Below are positions 18,025 through 26,071 of a DNA stretch of 64,000 nucleotides, in pieces. The notes under the pieces are model-generated. The model saw nothing but the letters and a program-made list of their open reading frames with translations, ran no database searches and was not told the origin of the DNA. This stretch comes from a virus. Lineage: Duplodnaviria > Heunggongvirae > Uroviricota > Caudoviricetes. The stretch covers positions 46,825-110,824 of the IMG/VR virus record IMGVR_UViG_3300020156_000003, one strand, 5' to 3'. The number at the start of each line of letters is the position of its first letter. The first letter of the stretch is position 1. Position numbers and translations under genes: made by a program.

Positions 18025-19191
18025 ATGGCAACAAAAAGACAAACGCCAGGCGGCAAGTGGGAATACATCATCAAGCGCTCCAAGCTCCTGGAGAAGCCGA
18101 TCTACCTGACCTTCGATGACGAGGCCGAGGGTGACGCCTACGTCGCCAAGCTCGAAGCGCTCCTAGACCGCGGCGTGGTGCCGCACGAATACCAAAAGCA
18201 AGGCGAGAAGTACGTGCTGCTGGCCGAGCTGATTGCGGACTACTTGGTGCAGGTGCATGTGTCCGATCCGGACAGGAAAATTCTCAACGTGATCTATGCC
18301 CGCATCGGCAAGACCAGTCTGCGGCTCGTCAATTACGCTTGGGTGGAAGGCTGGATCGGCGACATGAAGACGCAGTTGAATTTGAAGCCAGGTACGATTC
18401 GTCACCACGTCGGCGCGCTCGGGCGCTGCTTCGATTGGGCAAGCCGGCGCAACGTCGTGCCGCTGGTGATCAACCCGATCAGGCAACTGCCAAAGAGCTA
18501 CGCGCAGTACAGCGAGCGCGACGCGCAACTGGCGCGCGCCGTCGACGACGACCATGTGCGCCAGGAGGACGAGGAACGTGACAGGCGTCTCGAAGAAGGG
18601 GAGGAGCAGCGGATCCGGCAGATCCTCGACGGCCACAAGCCTGAAGGCCGGCAGCGGGCAATGGCGCTGCGCTATCAGGGCGCCATCGAGCTGCTGTTCG
18701 ACCTGGCGCTGGAGACGGCGATGCGAATGCGGGAAATGTTCACGCTGACCCTGGATCAAGTCGACCTGGCGCGAAAGACGGTCTTTCTCGACAAGACCAA
18801 GAATGGCGACAAGCGGCAGGTGCCGCTGTCGTCGGTGGCGCTGTCGCGCATTCAGCGCTACATGGAGCAGGTGAGGGCCGCAGAGCGCGGCATGGAGGGG
18901 TTCAGCTTCGAGGGCAAGCAGCTCTTTCCTTGGTGGGATGGCTCGCTTGAGCGGGACGAATTGCGGCGCATTACGGCGCTGTTATCGCGCCAGTACGCGC
19001 GTGTTTTTGAGGCGGCCGGCTGTCACGATCTGCGCTTTCACGACTTGCGCCACGAAGCCACCAGTCGCTTCTTCGAGCGCACGCAGTTGCAGGACTTCGA
19101 GATCATGAAGATCACCGGCCACAGTTCCACACGGATGCTGCGGCGCTATTCCAACCTACGCGGCAGCGTGCTGGCCGACAAGCTCTGGTAG
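18025..19191 (+). CDS. int: Tyrosine recombinase (integrase)
   Basis: C-terminal catalytic motifs LRFHDLRHEATSRFFE...ITGHSSTRMLRRYSNL. Lies adjacent to the attP core. Confidence 0.9.
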   Translation: MATKRQTPGGKWEYIIKRSKLLEKPIYLTFDDEAEGDAYVAKLEALLDRGVVPHEYQKQGEKYVLLAELIADYLVQVHVSDPDRKILNVIYARIGKTSLRLVNYAWVEGWIGDMKTQLNLKPGTIRHHVGALGRCFDWASRRNVVPLVINPIRQLPKSYAQYSERDAQLARAVDDDHVRQEDEERDRRLEEGEEQRIRQILDGHKPEGRQRAMALRYQGAIELLFDLALETAMRMREMFTLTLDQVDLARKTVFLDKTKNGDKRQVPLSSVALSRIQRYMEQVRAAERGMEGFSFEGKQLFPWWDGSLERDELRRITALLSRQYARVFEAAGCHDLRFHDLRHEATSRFFERTQLQDFEIMKITGHSSTRMLRRYSNLRGSVLADKLW

Positions 19192-19491
19192 CTCGTAGGC
19201 GGACAAATCGGCGCGCGGGGTCTTTTCCCTGCCGCGCTTCTTGGGCGATACCATAGACGGCACGCGCGCCGCCGTTTGCTGCAATTCTTCCTCCACGCCC
19301 GCTTTCGCCAGGCGCTCGCGCATCTGGCGCCTGGCTTCCGCGCGCAGGTATTCCGTCAAGTCATCCAGCAGAAATACCCAGGCGCGGCCAATGCGCGCAC
19401 CCGGCAATGCGCCGGAGGCGGCCAGCTTCAAAGCGGTCGATTTATCGACCTTCAAGAATTCGGCGCATTCGTCGATGTCCAGCGTTTTCAT
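19156..19491 (-). CDS. xis: Excisionase or AlpA-family HTH protein.
   Basis: LKVDKSTALKLAASGALPGARIGRAWVF matches the excisionase/AlpA HTH family. GGGAG RBS. Convergent 36 bp overlap with int. Confidence 0.7.
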   Translation of the reverse strand: MKTLDIDECAEFLKVDKSTALKLAASGALPGARIGRAWVFLLDDLTEYLRAEARRQMRERLAKAGVEEELQQTAARVPSMVSPKKRGREKTPRADLSAYELPELVGQHAAA

Positions 19492-19554
19492 GTGACTCCC
19501 TGTTCCAGTGACGGAGTGGATCTTATACGTGGTTGGCGCTGAAAGCAAGTCAGC

Positions 19555-19569
19555 AATGACTGATCCGCA
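19555..19569. promoter_or_regulatory. Operator-like palindrome upstream of xis.
   Basis: AAGTCAGCAATGACT. Confidence 0.5.
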
Positions 19570-19698
19570 AGCGCGCGAACGTACCTGCTGAATTGTGGGA
19601 TGACCTAATAGCTAGTTTGTAAGCCACTGTTACAGATAGATAATTTGTCAGTTCGGGAATATATGCCGCAACTGAAAAACGACAGCAAAAGGAAATGT

Positions 19699-19727
19699 TT
19701 GCACGCGGCAAAGGACGCATTTATAAT
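19699..19727 (+). promoter_or_regulatory. Sigma70-like promoter (TTGCAC-17-TATAAT) directly upstream of the LexA box.
   Basis: 17 nt spacer between the hexamers. The TATAAT ends 19 nt before the SOS box. Confidence 0.45.
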
Positions 19728-19746
19728 CGGCTACTGATCCATTCGA

Positions 19747-19766
19747 TACTGTATAAACGTACAGTA
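19747..19766. promoter_or_regulatory. LexA (SOS) box
   Basis: TACTGTATAAACGTACAGTA has the form CTGT-N8-ACAG. This is a near-perfect palindrome matching the gamma/beta-proteobacterial LexA consensus. Confidence 0.7.
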
Positions 19767-19807
19767 ATGTTAGAAAGGATACTGGAAAAATCAATTGATG
19801 TGGGAAA

Positions 19808-19833
19808 ACAAAAACGGCGCCTGGAGGCGCCGT
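19808..19833 (-). terminator. Rho-independent terminator of the repressor gene.
   Basis: On the minus strand, GGCGCC-tcca-GGCGCC followed by GTTTTTGTTTTC. Confidence 0.65.
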
Positions 19834-19854
19834 CGGGAGGGGAAAATGGGTGGA

Positions 19855-20313
19855 TCAAAAGTTCTCGGGCTTCAGGGTGTCAATCACGGCCAAGAGCGCG
19901 GCACGCTCGGTATCGTTGCGCAACCGCGGATTGGGCACCTTCGACTGACGGATGCACTCGATGATCTCCACTTCATTTTGCGTCAGCGTGAGCGACGGCG
20001 TAAAGATGATGTCTTGAAGCGCTTCCCAAGTGTCCGGCTCGTATTCTTGCATGACCAGGCGGTACAGGTGCTTCGGATCGACGCCGAGAGCGCGCGCCAT
20101 CGGCCCAACCTTCGACATCGGCAGTTTGGTCTTGCCCTGCTTGATCATCGTGATGATGTTGGGCTTGTTAAAGCCTGCTTCGCGAGCAATCTCCAATTGA
20201 GATTTGCCGCTAAGATCGATTTGCTGGCTGATGTAGTCAGCCACAGTGATGTTGTTGCTGCGTGATTTTCTCGACTTCACGCTCCGTTCTTCGGTAGTGG
20301 ATTCCATAAGCAT
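19855..20313 (-). CDS. XRE-family HTH repressor, CI-like.
   Basis: HTH QLEIAREAGFNKPNIITMIKQGKTKLP. It is divergent from the early operon and lies next to int/xis. GGGAG RBS. Confidence 0.8.
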   Translation of the reverse strand: MLMESTTEERSVKSRKSRSNNITVADYISQQIDLSGKSQLEIAREAGFNKPNIITMIKQGKTKLPMSKVGPMARALGVDPKHLYRLVMQEYEPDTWEALQDIIFTPSLTLTQNEVEIIECIRQSKVPNPRLRNDTERAALLAVIDTLKPENF

Positions 20314-20331
20314 CTGCTCCCATTTTTGTTG

Positions 20332-20401
20332 GACTTACAGCAAGTCAAAAGTGAATTATTCGTTACGTTGTGATTATAGTCACTTAAAAGTTTTTCGTGA
20401 C
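20332..20401. promoter_or_regulatory. Immunity-region operator cluster carrying the repressor promoter on the minus strand.
   Basis: GACTTAcagcAAGTCAaaaGTGAAT, followed by TATAGTCAC-N13-GTGACTTAT. On the minus strand this reads TAAGTCAC-N13-GTGACTATAAT, the same architecture as the type A promoters. Confidence 0.55.
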
Positions 20402-20528
20402 TTATTCATGTTGATAATGATCAAAGGATTCTACAGCAATCCCCAATGAGGGAACACCGTTTTACCCTATATGTAGTAGGTGGCTCCATTGGATAACCCG
20501 AATCTTTGCCGGGTTGTCGGTCTGCAAT

Positions 20529-20552
20529 AGTAAGTAATAAGTGAGCTATAAT
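20529..20552 (+). promoter_or_regulatory. Type A promoter repeat, copy 2. The early rightward promoter.
   Basis: AGTAAGTAATAAGTGAGCTATAATCG. Confidence 0.6.
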
Positions 20553-20610
20553 CGTTTTGTGCTATCGCAAGCACTTGAATAAAATCAATGTCAAAGGAGT
20601 GTTCCGTCCC

Positions 20611-20814
20611 ATGCAAACCGCCACCGCAGTATCGTCTGCCGCACTGACCCAAGCCATCAGCGCCGACCAGCTCGCCGACCTGATCGAAGAATCCAAGATC
20701 ACTGAAACGCTTGATCTCGGATTCTCGTTCGTTCACAGGGCAACCCACCCCGAACATGGTCGCATCATCCTGGTTAGCACCGCTGGCGAACAACACGCCG
20801 TCCTTACCGTTTAA
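20611..20814 (+). CDS. Small protein, first gene of the rightward operon (Cro position).
   Basis: AAAGGAG RBS. No HTH recognised. Confidence 0.4.
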   Translation: MQTATAVSSAALTQAISADQLADLIEESKITETLDLGFSFVHRATHPEHGRIILVSTAGEQHAVLTV

Positions 20815-20926
20815 CATCCTCCCACGCCCGTCAGTCCTCGGTGAGTTATGTCGCCGATATGATGCGGTAGGAAAGCTAAAAATCCTACTTGCGTCGCCTG
20901 ACGGGCTTTTTTACAATTCACGTATC

Positions 20927-20942
20927 AGTCAACAGTGACTTA
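20927..20942. promoter_or_regulatory. Operator palindrome in the 5'UTR of the cobT-like gene.
   Basis: AGTCAACAGTGACTTAACAAGGGAG-N7-ATG. This is near-identical to the site at 51801. Confidence 0.55.
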
Positions 20943-20952
20943 ACAAGGGAGA

Positions 20953-23031
20953 ATGCAGATGGCAATGACCGACCGAATTTTCATCATGCGTGAGGCAATT
21001 GGGAAGCTCACGCAAATGCTCGCAGGCAAAAGTGTGCAAGTTACGCAACGCGGCATCTCTGCTTACGTGCGTGCTGACGCCAAGGGTCGTCCCATCCTGG
21101 TCAACTTGCCCTATATCCCCGACAACGCCACCGACGAACTGCTGGACGCGATCCAGGGCTTCCTCGACCACGAAGTTGCGCACATTCTCTTTACCGACTT
21201 CAATGCGATGGACGAGGCGCAGCGTCACAACGCCGGCGGGATGCTGAACTTGATCGAAGACAGCCGCATCGAGCGCGCAATGGCCGATCGCTTCCAGGGT
21301 TCTGCTGAAAACATGGCCCGCATGGGCAAATTCTTCCTCGACAAGTACACCACGCCGAAGATGAACGAGGCGATCAAGAAAGGCGACAAGCACACGCTGA
21401 CCGGCGTGCTGATGGTGCCGCTGATTCGCGCAATGGCCGGCCAGCAAGTCTTCGCCGAGTTCATGAAGGACAAGATGGAGCACGTCGAGGAGGAATACAA
21501 CCGCATCAAAGACCTGGCGCCGCAGATTGCTGCCGCCTCCAGCACGAAAGACTGCCTGGAGTTGGCGAAGACGATTACGACGCGCTTGCGCGACGGCGTG
21601 CCGAAGCCCGCACCGAAGGACGAGGAAGAAGATCCGGCCGCAGCACCGATGCCGATCCCGATGCCTGGTGGTGGCAGCGGCAAGCCCGCGAACAAGAGCA
21701 AGGGCGCCGGCAAGAACAAGAGCAAGCCCGCACCGAAGGACGAGGAGGAAGAAAAAGACCCGACCGCCGGTGACGAGGAAGATGAGAAGGATCCGGCCGA
21801 CCCGAGCGAGGAAGAAAAAGACCCCACTGCCAGCGGCGACGAGAGCGAGGAAGAAAAAGACCCGAGCGCCCCCTCCGACGAGGATGAAGACGAGGATGTC
21901 GGCGCACCTGGCGACGAGGATGACGAAGGCGACATGTCTAAGGGCACCGCAAGCGACGGCGATGACGGCGAGGGCGGCGACGCGACTGGTAGTGCGCCTT
22001 CGCCCCCGACTGGCGAAGAAACCGAATTGCCTGAAGGCGGCAGCGCGTCGTGGGATGCCATCGACCGTGAAACGGCGAAGGACTACGACGACCTGGCATC
22101 GAACATCATCACCAACACGACTGCCCACGTCGCCTCGCACGCCGATTACCTCGTCTACTCAAAGGATCAGGACATCATCGAGCCGCTGCGTGTCGGTCGC
22201 GAGTACAAGGACTCGATGCTGACCGCCTTGCAGGACAAGGTCGATCACATGGTCGGCCCGCTCCAGAAAGACCTGGAGCGCGCGATCGCCGCGCGCAGCC
22301 TGTCGCAGTGGAATCCGGGCCACCGTTCGGGCCGCCTGAACGCATCGGCGCTGTCGCGCTTGGCGGTCAACGACGATCGCGTGTTCCGACGCAAGACCGA
22401 AGTCACCAGCAAGGATGTGGCGGTCGAACTGCTGATCGATATGTCCGGCTCGATGGACGGCTCCAAGATTCACACCGCGGCGCAGACTGCGTATGCCTTG
22501 TGCAACGTGCTGGAGCGCATCGGCATCCAATGCGAAGCGGTCTGCTTTACCACCGGCATGGGTAATTGCGGCGACCACGCGGCGATGCAGGCGGAGGAGG
22601 CAAAGATCGGGCGCAAGTATTCGCGCTCCGAGCAGCTTTACATGCCGATCCTCAAGAGCTTCAATGAGCGGCTGTCCACTGACGTGAAGAAGCGTTTCGG
22701 TTGGCTGCCCTACACGCAATCCATGCGTAACAACGTCGACGGCGAGTGCGTCGAGATCGCCGGTATGCGGCTGATGGGCCGCAAGGAGAAGGGCAAGATC
22801 CTGATGGTGCTGTCTGACGGCGCACCGAACTGCTACGGCAATACCAGGACGCTCGGTCCGCATCTGAAGAAGGTGGTGGAGAACCTGACGCGCGCCGGTT
22901 TGAACGTGATCGGCATCGGCATCGAGTCCAACGACGTGGAACGCTTCTATCCGAAGCACATGGTTCTGAACAAGGTCGAGGAGCTGCCGCTTGCTGTGAT
23001 GAAGGAGCTGCGCCAGCTCATCCTGAAGTAA
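20953..23031 (+). CDS. CobT-like von Willebrand factor A (vWA) domain protein with an internal acidic repeat region.
   Basis: MIDAS motif DMSGSMDGS (DxSxS). The C-terminal vWA fold is typical of phage CobT-like proteins. It is paired with the downstream AAA+ gene. Confidence 0.85.
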   Translation: MQMAMTDRIFIMREAIGKLTQMLAGKSVQVTQRGISAYVRADAKGRPILVNLPYIPDNATDELLDAIQGFLDHEVAHILFTDFNAMDEAQRHNAGGMLNLIEDSRIERAMADRFQGSAENMARMGKFFLDKYTTPKMNEAIKKGDKHTLTGVLMVPLIRAMAGQQVFAEFMKDKMEHVEEEYNRIKDLAPQIAAASSTKDCLELAKTITTRLRDGVPKPAPKDEEEDPAAAPMPIPMPGGGSGKPANKSKGAGKNKSKPAPKDEEEEKDPTAGDEEDEKDPADPSEEEKDPTASGDESEEEKDPSAPSDEDEDEDVGAPGDEDDEGDMSKGTASDGDDGEGGDATGSAPSPPTGEETELPEGGSASWDAIDRETAKDYDDLASNIITNTTAHVASHADYLVYSKDQDIIEPLRVGREYKDSMLTALQDKVDHMVGPLQKDLERAIAARSLSQWNPGHRSGRLNASALSRLAVNDDRVFRRKTEVTSKDVAVELLIDMSGSMDGSKIHTAAQTAYALCNVLERIGIQCEAVCFTTGMGNCGDHAAMQAEEAKIGRKYSRSEQLYMPILKSFNERLSTDVKKRFGWLPYTQSMRNNVDGECVEIAGMRLMGRKEKGKILMVLSDGAPNCYGNTRTLGPHLKKVVENLTRAGLNVIGIGIESNDVERFYPKHMVLNKVEELPLAVMKELRQLILK
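21601..22039 (+). repeat. Low-complexity acidic tandem repeats (EEEKDP units) within the cobT-like gene.
   Basis: PAPKDEEEDP / KPAPKDEEEEKDPTAGDEEDEKDPADPSEEEKDPTASGDESEEEKDPSAPSDEDEDED. Confidence 0.7.
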
Positions 23032-23051
23032 CACCGGATCGCGTGCAGGAT

Positions 23052-23067
23052 AAGTCACAACTGACTT
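23052..23067. promoter_or_regulatory. Operator palindrome
   Basis: AAGTCACAACTGACTT, followed about 20 nt later by TATCAT. Confidence 0.55.
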
Positions 23068-23161
23068 GCGTTTCCTGCCCGCTGACCGTATCATTCTTTC
23101 TGTCGCAGTAACAAAAACAGTTTTAGTTCATCGGGCAAATGCCCCTTTGTGGAGGATAGAA

Positions 23162-24364
23162 ATGACCGTTTCCAACGACAAGATCACCTGCAAAATCTGC
23201 GGTGCCAAAGAACACATCATCAAGACCCATCTCCAGAAGGATCATCCGGACTGGACGGTCGAGCGCTACCAGGAGCAGTTTCCCGAAGCGCCGCTGATGT
23301 CGGAGTTCGCCAAAGACCTGCTGAAGAAAAAGCAGGCTGAAAAGGCTGCTGCCGAAGGCGGCACGACGATGGCGATGGCTGGCACTGCCGCTGCCGCAGC
23401 GCCCGCCAATGTGGCGACGCTGATCCCGAAAGGCACCGTCATGAAGAAGGCGCTGCACGAAATCTTCGAGCTTGGCAAGGTGAAGGCCGCCATGAGCGCC
23501 AAGGGCGACCCGATCCCGATCTCCGTGATGTCGGCGCATGAGCATCAGGGCATGGTGCCGCCCGTCTCGGACAACTACGTCTACGAGATCGACGAGCTGA
23601 AGAACGTGATCCTGTCGCTCGAACTGAATATCCCTTGCTTGGTTTGGGGCCACAAGGGCGCGGGCAAGTCTGAGTTGCTTGAGCAGGTGGCCGCGCGCAC
23701 GAACCGCCCGATGATTCGCGTCCAGCACACGGTCAACACCGAAGAAAGCCACATCGTCGGTCAGTGGACGGTCAAGGCCGGCGCCACCGAGTTCGAGCTG
23801 GGGCCGCTGCCGCTGGCGATGCTCAATGGCTGGATCTACTGCGCCGACGAATACGACTTCGGTATGCCGTCTGTCCTGGCGGTCTATCAGGCCGTCCTTG
23901 AAGGTAAGTCACTGGTGATTAAAGAGGCTCCGGCGCACCTGCGCGTCATCAAGCCGCACAAGGACTTCCGTTTCGTCGCCACTGGCAATACCAACGGATC
24001 GGGCGACGAGTCGGGCCTCTATCAAGGCACGCTGATCCAGAACAGTGCCAACTACGACCGCTTCGGCATGGTGATCAACAAGAAGTACATGGATAAGCGC
24101 GCCGAGAGCCAGATTCTCCAGAACCACTGCAAGCTGGTACCGGCCGACGCGGACAAGATGGTCGAGTTCGCCAACCTTGTGCGCCAGTCCTACGACGCGG
24201 CGAAGATTTCCGACACGATCTCGCCGCGCACCCTGATCTACGCCAGCAAGATCGGCGTGATGCGCGGCTCCTTCCGCCAGGGCTTGCAACTGTCGTTCAT
24301 CAACAAGCTGTCCAAGATCGACCGCGAAGTCGCGGACGGCCTCGCACAACGCATCTTCGGGTAA
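23162..24364 (+). CDS. CobS-like / MoxR-family AAA+ ATPase
   Basis: Walker A GHKGAGKSEL. AAA+ core similar to phage CobS. The N-terminus has a Cys/His cluster CKICGAKEHIIKTHLQKDH. Confidence 0.85.
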   Translation: MTVSNDKITCKICGAKEHIIKTHLQKDHPDWTVERYQEQFPEAPLMSEFAKDLLKKKQAEKAAAEGGTTMAMAGTAAAAAPANVATLIPKGTVMKKALHEIFELGKVKAAMSAKGDPIPISVMSAHEHQGMVPPVSDNYVYEIDELKNVILSLELNIPCLVWGHKGAGKSELLEQVAARTNRPMIRVQHTVNTEESHIVGQWTVKAGATEFELGPLPLAMLNGWIYCADEYDFGMPSVLAVYQAVLEGKSLVIKEAPAHLRVIKPHKDFRFVATGNTNGSGDESGLYQGTLIQNSANYDRFGMVINKKYMDKRAESQILQNHCKLVPADADKMVEFANLVRQSYDAAKISDTISPRTLIYASKIGVMRGSFRQGLQLSFINKLSKIDREVADGLAQRIFG

Positions 24365-24369
24365 GGACT

Positions 24370-25116
24370 ATGCAGCCGGCAATCAGCTTTCAAGAGAATG
24401 TCGGCCTCGTCCACTTGCAGGCGAAGAAAGCCTTCAAGTGGGCGTCAGGCGCGAACACAGGGATGACCTACGAGGACTGTTTTCAGGAAGCCTCACTGGC
24501 ATTCGTGCTGGCGGCGCAGGGTTACGACCCTGACGCCGGCGTCAAATTCAGTGCCTACTACACGCAGGTCGCGTTCAGCCAGTTTCACAAGGCGATCGGT
24601 CGCATGACCGGCGTCAAGCGCTTGAGTCCGGACATGCGCGAGGAGATTGAGGCGCGCAAGGCTGAGAACGAGCGCCGCGCCGCGCAGGCATTGCCACCGC
24701 TGCCGGACATTAACTATTCACTGCCGACCGAGAACTTCTCGACGATGTCGGCGATGGGTGAGGAGGGCGGCGATCCCTTCGAGGCGAGCCTGGCATCGGA
24801 GACGCAGTCGCCCGAGGACATTGTCGCGTTCAACCAGCTATGGCAGCAAGCGACAGCAAACCTGTCGCCCTTGGCAAAGCTGATGGTGGAGTGGCTGCGC
24901 GACCCGCCGCCCGAACTGCTGAAAGAGCTGGACTGCCAGATCGCGTATGCGGAAGAAGCGGCGGCGTGCGGTCGACGAGCCTACGGGATGCGTGACGGCA
25001 TCTCCATCAACAACGTATCGAAGTTCATCGGCATGATCGGCGATGTCAGCAAGCGCGAATTGACGCTGGCTGAAGCCGAGCTGATGGAGGTCGTGAAAAG
25101 GATCGAGGGGGCGTGA
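24370..25116 (+). CDS. Sigma-70 family sigma factor-like protein
   Basis: Region 2 match: YEDCFQEASLAFVLAAQGYDPDAGVKFSAYYTQVAFSQFHKAI aligns with the sigma70 region 2 signature DLIQEGNIGLmkAvdkFDp.rGyrFSTYAtwwIrqaI. Confidence 0.55.
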   Translation: MQPAISFQENVGLVHLQAKKAFKWASGANTGMTYEDCFQEASLAFVLAAQGYDPDAGVKFSAYYTQVAFSQFHKAIGRMTGVKRLSPDMREEIEARKAENERRAAQALPPLPDINYSLPTENFSTMSAMGEEGGDPFEASLASETQSPEDIVAFNQLWQQATANLSPLAKLMVEWLRDPPPELLKELDCQIAYAEEAAACGRRAYGMRDGISINNVSKFIGMIGDVSKRELTLAEAELMEVVKRIEGA

Positions 25117-25790
25117 TGACCACAGCAGAGCAGAAGGCGCCAGGATGCTTCGGCGCCGCTTCGGTATTCAGCATGGACAGCGCGGTGTGCCAGGCGTGCG
25201 TCGCGTTCAAGGAGTGCAGCGATGCATCCATCGCCACGCTCCAACAGATCAAGGCAACCATCGACGTGCGCGACCTGCTGGCAAAGCACACGTCGGCGCG
25301 TATGAAGCATGAGGCTCGCCTGGCGCCCAAGCAGACGCCCGCGCCGACCGCCGTCAGCCCGCTGCCGGTGGTGCAGCCCGCGCCTGTCACGCAGCCGGTC
25401 GAGCGCAAGACCACGATGGCGAAGGTCATCTTCGAGGTCAGCGCCGACCAACAGAACGCCATTGCGCGCATAAGCCAGGCGAACAAGAAGGCCGGCGATC
25501 AGGCGACCGTCTTGTGCAAGATGAATCGCATCAATGAAATGCGCTCCATGCTCCCGCAAGGGCAGAACCCCTTCGCTACGACAGGGCCAGGTTTCTTGCG
25601 CGTCGCTTGTGACCACCTGATCAATGGCGGCTTCACGAAAGCGTCGCTGCGCAAATCCCTCATGGAGACGTTCGGCTGGACGGAGGCGACCGCTGCGTCG
25701 CACGTATCCATCGCCGTCGCAATTCTCGGCGGGTTCAAGATTGCCGCGGGCGCCGACGGGAAGATCGTTTTGCATCCTGACTTGGTTTGA
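25113..25790 (+). CDS. Hypothetical protein with an N-terminal Cys cluster.
   Basis: CFG...CQACVAFKEC. Coupled to the sigma-like gene. Confidence 0.5.
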   Translation: MMTTAEQKAPGCFGAASVFSMDSAVCQACVAFKECSDASIATLQQIKATIDVRDLLAKHTSARMKHEARLAPKQTPAPTAVSPLPVVQPAPVTQPVERKTTMAKVIFEVSADQQNAIARISQANKKAGDQATVLCKMNRINEMRSMLPQGQNPFATTGPGFLRVACDHLINGGFTKASLRKSLMETFGWTEATAASHVSIAVAILGGFKIAAGADGKIVLHPDLV

Positions 25791-25825
25791 AACAATCAAC
25801 TATCGACACAACAAGAGAGGCAGCA

Positions 25826-26071
25826 ATGAAAGGTGGCACTTACGCAGAAGCCCTGAAGGCAGGCTTCACCGAGCAGCAAGCGGCTTTCTTCAGCCGCTTG
25901 GGCGGCGAAACGCGCGACGAGGCAGTCGACGAGATCAAGCGCCAGGAAAGACTGGCCGCGCGCGACCGCGCCTTCAAGCGCAAGCAGGCAATCAGCAAGG
26001 CGGTCAATGACGCAAGTTGGCTCATTTTCGGTGCGCTGGTCGTCGCCACTGGCTACATGGTGTTCGCATGA
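25826..26071 (+). CDS. Small C-terminally membrane-anchored protein
   Basis: AGAGAGG RBS. C-terminal hydrophobic helix. Confidence 0.4.
   Translation: MKGGTYAEALKAGFTEQQAAFFSRLGGETRDEAVDEIKRQERLAARDRAFKRKQAISKAVNDASWLIFGALVVATGYMVFA

Noticed and set aside
19695-20265. Two + strand ORFs (89 and 156 aa) overlapping the repressor gene
   Set aside because: They lie antisense to the HTH repressor, have no RBS and have low-complexity Arg-rich translations. The + strand promoter here more likely drives a non-coding or antisense transcript.
20929-22140. 403 aa minus-strand ORF
   Set aside because: It is antisense to the cobT-like gene, including its low-complexity repeat.
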